This document shows positions 27,987-33,579 of a stretch of DNA of 33,579 nt, in pieces. Made by a program: the position numbers and the translations under genes. The stretch spans positions 1-33,579 of the forward strand of contig JAKFCT010000022.1 of the NCBI GenBank assembly GCA_036676495.1, written 5' to 3'. Source of the stretch: Candidatus Sericytochromatia bacterium (lineage in GTDB: Bacteria; Cyanobacteriota; Sericytochromatia; S15B-MN24; UBA4093). Below the pieces are notes generated by a model that made no database searches, was not told the origin of the DNA, and worked only from the letters and a program-made list of their open reading frames with translations. Numbering within the stretch: position 1 is the stretch's first letter; each line of letters begins with the position of its first letter.

Positions 27987-29459
27987 TTATCGATCAGCCC
28001 TCATGGTAGGTATCGAAGGGGGGGTTGTCAAACCTTGCTTCCCTGCCCACGAGGCCGTGAAGACCGTCTTTTCCCCCTCCTTCAGGGGAAAGAGCGCGGA
28101 TCTCCGCATCCCCACCACCCATAACACGTCCGATCCGCTCGCGATGACCCAAAGACGCCGCCTGAGCGGTTCGAAAACTTTTGCCCGGGCCATGAAACGA
28201 TTCAGCGCATGCGTTCCGTGGTGCCCCCAGGGCACGAAGCGATCCCGCTGCGGATCCGCCCGCCGCATGACGGCATCCACGGGCCATGCGTCCGCCGCGA
28301 ACGCGACGTCCGCGTCCCCGGCCGGCCGGGATGTCCCAGCGCTCGGCGTCTCGGCGCTTGGCGTCTCGGCGCTGCACAGCGTCAGGGTCCCCTCGTCCAC
28401 GGTAACGGTCTGCACGGGCGACTCCGGGGTGAGCCGCCTCAGGGGAATCGGCTCCACGGGCGCGGGATCGCGATCGAGGGCGACCCAAGCGCCCTGTAAG
28501 ACGGCCCTCACGCCGTCCGCCAGATCGATCCCCCCCGGCTCTCCAGCTGCCCAGCGATCCAGGACATGCTCGAGGCCGCGGGCCGTGAGCCGCCGCAGCC
28601 TCCCCCCGACCTCGCGGAACGCCGCGTGGAGCGCCCGGCGCTGCAGCACTCGCGGCAAGGCGACGAAGCCCTCCCGATCCCAGGCGACCAGGCCTTCCAG
28701 CTCGAGCCGGCGCCACGCCGCCTCCGCCCGCTGCGCCTCGCGCGCGAGCCAGTCATGCTCGTCGGAGAGGACTTCCAGGTGCAGGGGCAGCGCCTCCAGC
28801 AGGCGCGGATTGAGCTCCTCGAGGACGGGGACGACGACCTGGCGCAAGCGGTTGCGAGGAAAGCCCAGTTCGCGGTTGGTCGCATCCTCCCAGACCGGCA
28901 GGCCCCGGGCGGCATGATACGCCTCGATCTCGGCGCGCGGCACCTCCAGCAGTGGCCGGACGATCGGAGGCCCCGCATGCTGCTCTCGGCGAGGCCGCAT
29001 CCCGGTGAGTCCTCCGGCCCCGGCGCCCTGGACCCAGCGGAAGAGCACGGTTTCGAGCTGATCGTCGGCATGATGCGCCAAGGCCAGATGGGTCGCGCCG
29101 ATCCGGGCGGCGACGGCGTTCAAGGCGTCGTAGCGCGCATGCCGGGCCGCCTCTTCCGGGCTGCGCCCGTCGGGGGCGATCGCCACCCGTTCGGTCCAGT
29201 AAGACAGGCCCCGCTGCGCGCAATAGCGCCCGAGCTCGACCGCCTCGACGTCGGCCTCGGGGCGCCAGCCATGGTTCACGTAGAGGGCATGGAGCTCCCA
29301 GCCCGCTGCAGGGGCCAGGGTGAGCAGGACATCGGCGAGCGTCACCGAATCCACCCCGCCGGAAAGCCCCACGAGAATCCGCGAGCCGGCGGGCAGAAGG
29401 TCGTGCCGAGCGATGAAGGCCTGCGTGCGTGCGATCAAGGTAGCCGGGATCAGGAACAC
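27987..29459 (-). CDS. tilS: tRNA(Ile)-lysidine synthetase (about 490 aa; start approximate)
   Basis: GLSGGVDS PP-loop, VNHGWR, EEAARHARY, AHHADDQLET, IVRPLL, EDATN, RNRLR; upstream of ftsH. Confidence 0.93.
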   Translation of the reverse strand: MFLIPATLIARTQAFIARHDLLPAGSRILVGLSGGVDSVTLADVLLTLAPAAGWELHALYVNHGWRPEADVEAVELGRYCAQRGLSYWTERVAIAPDGRSPEEAARHARYDALNAVAARIGATHLALAHHADDQLETVLFRWVQGAGAGGLTGMRPRREQHAGPPIVRPLLEVPRAEIEAYHAARGLPVWEDATNRELGFPRNRLRQVVVPVLEELNPRLLEALPLHLEVLSDEHDWLAREAQRAEAAWRRLELEGLVAWDREGFVALPRVLQRRALHAAFREVGGRLRRLTARGLEHVLDRWAAGEPGGIDLADGVRAVLQGAWVALDRDPAPVEPIPLRRLTPESPVQTVTVDEGTLTLCSAETPSAETPSAGTSRPAGDADVAFAADAWPVDAVMRRADPQRDRFVPWGHHGTHALNRFMARAKVFEPLRRRLWVIASGSDVLWVVGMRRSALFPLKEGEKTVFTASWAGKQGLTTPPSIPTMRADR

Positions 29460-29487
29460 CCCCTCGCGATAAGGAACCTGGGAGCAG

Positions 29488-29600
29488 TAACACCCCCCTG
29501 GCTTCGCCCGTCCCCCCGCCAAGGAAGAAGATGAGAGGCCATGGCTGCGCCGGCTAACACCCCCCAGGGGCTTCGCCCCGCCCCCCCATCGAGGGGGGGC
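29488..29600. repeat. Two copies of a short palindromic REP-like unit
   Basis: TAACACCCCCCtGGCTTCGCCCGtCCCCCC (29488-29517) and TAACACCCCCCaGGGGCTTCGCCCCGCCCCCCC (29555-29587), the latter followed by atcgaGGGGGGGC. Confidence 0.6.
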
Positions 29601-29620
29601 AAGATAGGGAAGATTATATG

Positions 29621-29654
29621 AAAACGACGCCCGGCGTGGGCCGGGCGTCGTTTT
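29621..29654 (-). terminator. Intrinsic (bidirectional) terminator right after the tRNA
   Basis: AAAACGACGCCCGG-cgtggg-CCGGGCGTCGTTTT. Confidence 0.85.
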
Positions 29655-29659
29655 AAGAG

Positions 29660-29732
29660 TGGCACTGGCTGGATTTGAACCAGCGGATGAGCGGGTATGA
29701 ACCGCTTGCCTTAACCACTTGGCGACAGTGCC
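29660..29732 (-). tRNA. tRNA with CAT anticodon, non-initiator (elongator Met or Ile2); CCA not encoded
   Basis: Cloverleaf: GGCACTG/CAGTGCC, D stem GCC/GGC, anticodon arm AGCGG-TTCATAC-CCGCT, T arm GCTGG-TTCAAAT-CCAGC, discriminator A. Confidence 0.92.
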
Positions 29733-29754
29733 GTAATGTCTCGAAGCGAAATCC

Positions 29755-29782
29755 ATTATAACAAACGGTAAGCGTCCGTCAA
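29755..29782 (-). promoter_or_regulatory. Sigma70-type promoter for the tRNA
   Basis: TTGACG-16 nt-TATAAT with extended TGn. Confidence 0.85.
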
Positions 29783-29811
29783 GCACCCTGAAACTTCACA
29801 TTCCGAAAGGG

Positions 29812-29839
29812 TTTGCAGGCGAGCAGCCAAGGGTATAAC
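29812..29839 (+). promoter_or_regulatory. Probable promoter for the HD-GYP gene (leaderless candidate)
   Basis: TTTGCAG ... TATAAC (29834-29839) ending 7 nt before the GTG start; no SD. Confidence 0.45.
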
Positions 29840-29846
29840 CGAAGGC

Positions 29847-30938
29847 GTGAGACTTCAACGCTTAGCCAACGTCAAACCCGACGAGGTGAAACTCGGCCGC
29901 ACCATCTTCGCAGAGGATGGCCGCATCCTGCTCCAGCGCGGAACGGTCCTGACCGGGGCCTACCTGGACACCCTGAAGCGCTACGGCTTCGAGGTGATCT
30001 ACGTCCAGGATCCCACGGTTCCGGCGGTGGAGCTGCGCGAACCCGTTTCGGAGCGTACCCGCTCCGAGGCCATCGGGTCCGTGCGCGATGCCTTCCGGAC
30101 CTTCCGCACCCCCAACCGCAAGCTCGACCAGGATTGGACCGGTCGGAGGATCCTCTACAACACGGCCTCGTCCATCGTCAACGACCTGATCGGCAACAAG
30201 GAGCTGAACCTCCAGCTCACCGAGATGCGCACGCAGAACTCCTACGTCTTCGCGCATTCGGTCAACGTCTGCATCCTGGGCTTGGCGCTGGGTCAGAAGC
30301 TTCAATTCAATTACGGCAAGCTGGCCGATCTCGCGATGGGCCTGTTGACCCACGACATCGGGAAATCGCTGCTCCCGCCGGAATCCGCCACGCTTCACAC
30401 GCACTTGCGCCCCGTCGCCGATGCCGGCTACCAGACCCATCCTCGGATGGGCTTCGACATGCTGCGCCAGGTGGGCCGGGCGCTGGGCGCCCCCAGCAAG
30501 ATCGTCTCCCTTCAGCACCACGAGCGCTGGGACGGCCAGGGATTCCCCTCGGGCCTCAAGGGCGACGACATTCACGAATTCGCGCAGATCGCGGCCATCG
30601 TCAACGCCTACGACAACCTCTCCCACCTGAGCTTCGACGGTCAGCCGATTTCGCCCAGCGAGGTGATCGAGTTCCTGATGGCGTCGGGGGGAACGCTCTT
30701 CAACCCGCAGATGGTGGAGACGTTCATCAAGATGCTGGTGCCTTATCCGCTCGGCAGCTACGTCACGCTGAGCAACGGCGCGCAAGGCTTCGTGAGCGGC
30801 GTCGATCGCACGGTGCCGATGCGGCCGATCGTCGTGGTCGCGATCGAGCCGGAGGGCCATGCGACCCCCCGGCCTTACGACCTCGATCTAAGACAGCACG
30901 CGGACATCACGGTCGTCAGCGTGCGCGCTCACGGGTAA
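29847..30938 (+). CDS. HD-GYP domain protein, putative cyclic-dinucleotide phosphodiesterase (363 aa)
   Basis: HSVNV, HDIGK, QTHP, HHERWDGQGFP.GLKG..I, C-terminal YPLGSYVTLSNG..RP. Confidence 0.88.
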   Translation: MRLQRLANVKPDEVKLGRTIFAEDGRILLQRGTVLTGAYLDTLKRYGFEVIYVQDPTVPAVELREPVSERTRSEAIGSVRDAFRTFRTPNRKLDQDWTGRRILYNTASSIVNDLIGNKELNLQLTEMRTQNSYVFAHSVNVCILGLALGQKLQFNYGKLADLAMGLLTHDIGKSLLPPESATLHTHLRPVADAGYQTHPRMGFDMLRQVGRALGAPSKIVSLQHHERWDGQGFPSGLKGDDIHEFAQIAAIVNAYDNLSHLSFDGQPISPSEVIEFLMASGGTLFNPQMVETFIKMLVPYPLGSYVTLSNGAQGFVSGVDRTVPMRPIVVVAIEPEGHATPRPYDLDLRQHADITVVSVRAHG

Positions 30939-32033
30939 CGGCCCCAAGACCAAGCGATAACCGAAGATCAGCAGCGCGCGCACGATGGCCGCCACCGGGA
31001 CCGCGAAGAGCAGTCCGATGGCTCCGCCGTAGTGCTCGCCGATGAGCAGGGCGAAGATCACCAGGATCGGATGGATCTCGGCGTTGTGTCCGAGCACCTT
31101 CGGATTCAGGAAGTTGGCCTCGATCAGGTGGATCAGGGCGATCATGCCGACCACCTGAAGCGCGACGATCCAGGACTGGGTCAGCGCGATCAAGACGGCC
31201 GGAATGGTGCTGATGACCGTGCCGAAGATGGGGATCATGCTGAAGACCCCCGCGATCAGGCCGATGGTCACCGCGTACTTCACCTGCAACAGCAGCAGTC
31301 CCGCCGTCGTGAGCACGCCGTTGATGAGGCAGACCAGCAACTGTCCGCGGATGGCGCCGTTGAGCCCCCGGTCGATATCACGACCGATCGCCAGGACCGT
31401 GTCGCGGTGGCCGGCGGGGACCAGGCCCAAGATCTTCTGCTGGAGCCTGGGCCAATCGAGCAGCATGAAGAGCGTGAGCATGAAGACCAGGACCACCGAG
31501 ATGATCGTCGAGAAGACACCCTTCACCAGGTCTTGGGCCTGCTTCACGAGGCCTGCGGTCTGCCCCTCTCCGATATGGGCGAAGCTGGAAACCGATTCCT
31601 TGAGAATCCGCTCGGCATCCACGGGAAGGCCGTAAGCGTCGAAGAGCCCCTGCGCCCGGTCGACGTAGATCGGCAGGGTCTGGGCCTCGAACTTCTGGAT
31701 GGTCTGGGGCAGCTCGCGGGCGATGCGAGCGCCTTCCGCGTAGAGCTGAGGCACGACGAAGAGGCTGCCCATCGTCAAGAGCCCGAAGAAGCCGACGAAG
31801 ACGATGGCCACGGCTCCCTTGCGTCCGAGCGAGAAGGAGAGTTCGAGGCGTCCCAGGCGCAAGCCGTTGACGCGCGCTCCCGAAAGCCAATCGACCAGGG
31901 GATTCAGCAAGTAAACGATCAGGAAGGCCACGAGGAATGGCAAGAGGACGTGATGGATGGCCCAGAGGAAGTAGAGCAGGGCGATGCCCGCCACGACGGC
32001 GATGATCTTCTTGGTACGAGGGGTCAAATCCAT
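30888..32033 (-). CDS. AI-2E (PerM/TqsA) family transporter (381 aa)
   Basis: LLPFLVA..IVYLLNPLV, IRGQLL, IPIFG, EANFLNPKVLG, IHP. Confidence 0.92.
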   Translation of the reverse strand: MDLTPRTKKIIAVVAGIALLYFLWAIHHVLLPFLVAFLIVYLLNPLVDWLSGARVNGLRLGRLELSFSLGRKGAVAIVFVGFFGLLTMGSLFVVPQLYAEGARIARELPQTIQKFEAQTLPIYVDRAQGLFDAYGLPVDAERILKESVSSFAHIGEGQTAGLVKQAQDLVKGVFSTIISVVLVFMLTLFMLLDWPRLQQKILGLVPAGHRDTVLAIGRDIDRGLNGAIRGQLLVCLINGVLTTAGLLLLQVKYAVTIGLIAGVFSMIPIFGTVISTIPAVLIALTQSWIVALQVVGMIALIHLIEANFLNPKVLGHNAEIHPILVIFALLIGEHYGGAIGLLFAVPVAAIVRALLIFGYRLVLGPLPVSAHADDRDVRVLS

Positions 32034-32173
32034 TAAGCGTTCTCCGGGGCGATGCAGCCCCTAGTCTTGGGGTGACTGGATACTGGGGGTGCCCCGGGGG
32101 AAGGCCCTCGCCACGGGCGCTTGCCCATGGCCGCGAGCGAGGCAGCTTGGGCATTATACCTCATGGAAGGCCA

Positions 32174-32205
32174 AGAGGGCCTCAAGCCGAAGCTCGAGGC
32201 CCTCT
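32174..32205 (-). terminator. Hairpin downstream of the phosphorylase gene
   Basis: AGAGGGCCTCaAGC-cgaa-GCTcGAGGCCCTCT. Confidence 0.55.
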
Positions 32206-32284
32206 CTCAATCCAAGCGTTTAGCTTTAGCGCCCGCAGCTGTTTCGTAGGGCAGCGTAGCTGCCCTGTAGAAATGACGTTAGCT

Positions 32285-33136
32285 TTAGAGCGCGACCAGG
32301 ATGGCCGCGACGAGCTCGCGGAAGCGGGCGGAGGTCTTGGAGACGGTCTCCAGGATCTCGGTCTCGGTGGCGTGGCCGCCGAGGTCCGGGTTGGCCATAT
32401 CCGAGATCATGCCGAGGCCCAGGACCTTCATGCCGCCGTGGACGGCGGCGATGGTCTCGTGGACGGTGGACATGCCGATGGCATCGGCGCCGATGGTGAT
32501 CAGGTGGCGAACTTCCGCTTCGGTGAAGAAGGCGGGACCCGCGATGCCGGCGTAGACGCCTTCCTGGAGGGTCTGTCCGAGGCTCTTGGCGACGGAGTGG
32601 GCGATCGCCCGCAGCTCTGCCTTGTAGGCGTCGAACATGACGGGGAAGCGGGGGCCCATGTCGGGGTCGTTGATGCCGATCAGGGGGTTGTTGCCGGTGA
32701 GGTTGAGGTGGTCGGTGATGAGCATGAGGTCACCGGCCTTGAAGGCGGGGTTGAGGCCGCCGGTGGCGCAGGTGACGACGAGGGTCTCGACGCCGAGGGC
32801 GCGGAAGACGCGGACGGGATAGGTGGTCTGCTGGGGGGTGTAGCCCTCATAGGCGTGGAAGCGGCCCTGCATGAGGACGACGTCCTGGCCGCCGAGGCGT
32901 CCGAAGACGAGGTTGCCGGCGTGTCCGGGCGCGGTCGAGAGCGGGAAGTGGGGGATCTCGGAGTAGGGGATGACCACGGCGTCCTCGACGTCATGGGCGA
33001 GCCCTCCGAGGCCGGAGCCGAGGATGACGGCGATCCGGGGCTTCACGGATGCGCGCTCCTGCAGGAAACGGGTGGTCTCAGCAAGGCGAGAGCGCTGCTC
33101 GACGACGGCAGCGGGCAGGGTGGTCGTGGTAGCCAT
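32285..33136 (-). CDS. punA: Purine nucleoside phosphorylase, trimeric PNP/XapA/MTAP family (283 aa)
   Basis: GGAGG RBS; ILGSGLG, IPY..IPHFP, PGHAG, QGRFH.YEG, DHLN, NPLIG, GPRFP, DAIGMSTV. Confidence 0.9.
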   Translation of the reverse strand: MATTTTLPAAVVEQRSRLAETTRFLQERASVKPRIAVILGSGLGGLAHDVEDAVVIPYSEIPHFPLSTAPGHAGNLVFGRLGGQDVVLMQGRFHAYEGYTPQQTTYPVRVFRALGVETLVVTCATGGLNPAFKAGDLMLITDHLNLTGNNPLIGINDPDMGPRFPVMFDAYKAELRAIAHSVAKSLGQTLQEGVYAGIAGPAFFTEAEVRHLITIGADAIGMSTVHETIAAVHGGMKVLGLGMISDMANPDLGGHATETEILETVSKTSARFRELVAAILVAL

Positions 33137-33233
33137 GGTCTGGGGCTTCCTCCGTTAATCGGGGTCGGGGGCCAAGAGGAAGGAGAGCGGATAACGGACC
33201 CCGACAGGGGGGTGGGTTAGCGGCTCTGAAGAG

Positions 33234-33323
33234 CGGGGAGAGGGGGATTCGAACCCCCGAGACCGTTTGACACGGCCTACATTCTTTCCAGGAATGCCTG
33301 TTCAACCACTCCAGCATCTCCCC
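33234..33323 (-). tRNA. tRNA-Ser(GGA); CCA not encoded
   Basis: GGGGAGA/TCTCCCC acceptor, CATTC-CTGGAAA-GAATG anticodon arm, long variable arm, GGGGG-TTCGAAT-CCCCC, discriminator G. Confidence 0.96.
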
Positions 33324-33372
33324 GAGTGGTGCCCCCGGGGTCAGGACCTGACCATCACGGGTGCGAGGGTTA

Positions 33373-33401
33373 AGCATAGCACCCGACTGCGCGGGTGTCT
33401 A
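33373..33401 (-). promoter_or_regulatory. Sigma70-type promoter for tRNA-Ser
   Basis: TAGACA-17 nt-TATGCT with extended TGn. Confidence 0.65.
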
Positions 33402-33412
33402 GTGTTTAACCG

Positions 33413-33443
33413 GCGTCGCCCAGCCGCTGGGGCTGGGCGACGC
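33413..33443 (-). terminator. Hairpin after rpmA
   Basis: GCGTCGCCCAGCC-gctgg-GGCTGGGCGACGC; weak T tail. Confidence 0.55.
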
Positions 33444-33456
33444 GGCTAGAACCGGT

Positions 33457-33579
33457 CTAGCGGACCGAGATCTTCTGGCGGTCGGCGCCGTAGCGCTCGA
33501 ACTGCACGCGGCCTTCGACGGTGGCGAAGATGGTGTAGTCCTTGCCGATGCCCACGCCGTCGCCGGGGTGGAACTGGGT
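33457..33579 (-). CDS. rpmA: 50S ribosomal protein L27, C-terminal fragment (truncated by window edge)
   Basis: Manual translation [40 protein letters not shown]-stop. Confidence 0.95.
   Translation of the reverse strand, partial: TQFHPGDGVGIGKDYTIFATVEGRVQFERYGADRQKISVR

Noticed and set aside
28337-28372. Short 15-bp coding duplication in tilS (AETPSAETPSAGT)
   Set aside because: In-frame slippage in a variable C-terminal loop; unlikely to matter functionally
29460-29786. N-terminal extension of TilS (599-aa ORF)
   Set aside because: Reads through a promoter, tRNA, terminator and repeats; TilS homology begins near 29459
32034-32158. Riboswitch in the AI-2E transporter leader
   Set aside because: A TATAAT box (32153-32158, minus strand) implies a GC-rich leader, but I could not match any known aptamer consensus

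Overview
High-GC window from a diderm bacterium, mostly chromosomal backbone. Left half: a cell-envelope locus with two divergent arms. The minus arm is lnt-lptC-lptA. The plus arm is an apparently continuous run of about 13 kb: lptF, lptG, lptD, a lipoprotein, a stand-alone S8 prodomain, an S8 protease lipoprotein, another lipoprotein, a membrane Ser/Thr kinase, a pseudokinase-PP2C fusion and two near-identical FHA proteins. After it come a REP-like palindromic element with 23-bp tandem repeats and a serine-recombinase homolog that lacks its catalytic residues. Right half: mutS2, a class II cytochrome c, an MFS transporter, an orphan histidine kinase, ftsH, tilS, a non-initiator tRNA(CAT), an HD-GYP protein, an AI-2E transporter, a purine nucleoside phosphorylase with altered specificity residues, tRNA-Ser(GGA) and the 3' end of rpmA. 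No CRISPR array, transposase or phage gene was seen. The best candidate for an undescribed system is the protease/prodomain/kinase/pseudokinase-phosphatase/FHA module attached to the LPS-transport genes. All calls are by motif recognition only; no database searches were run.
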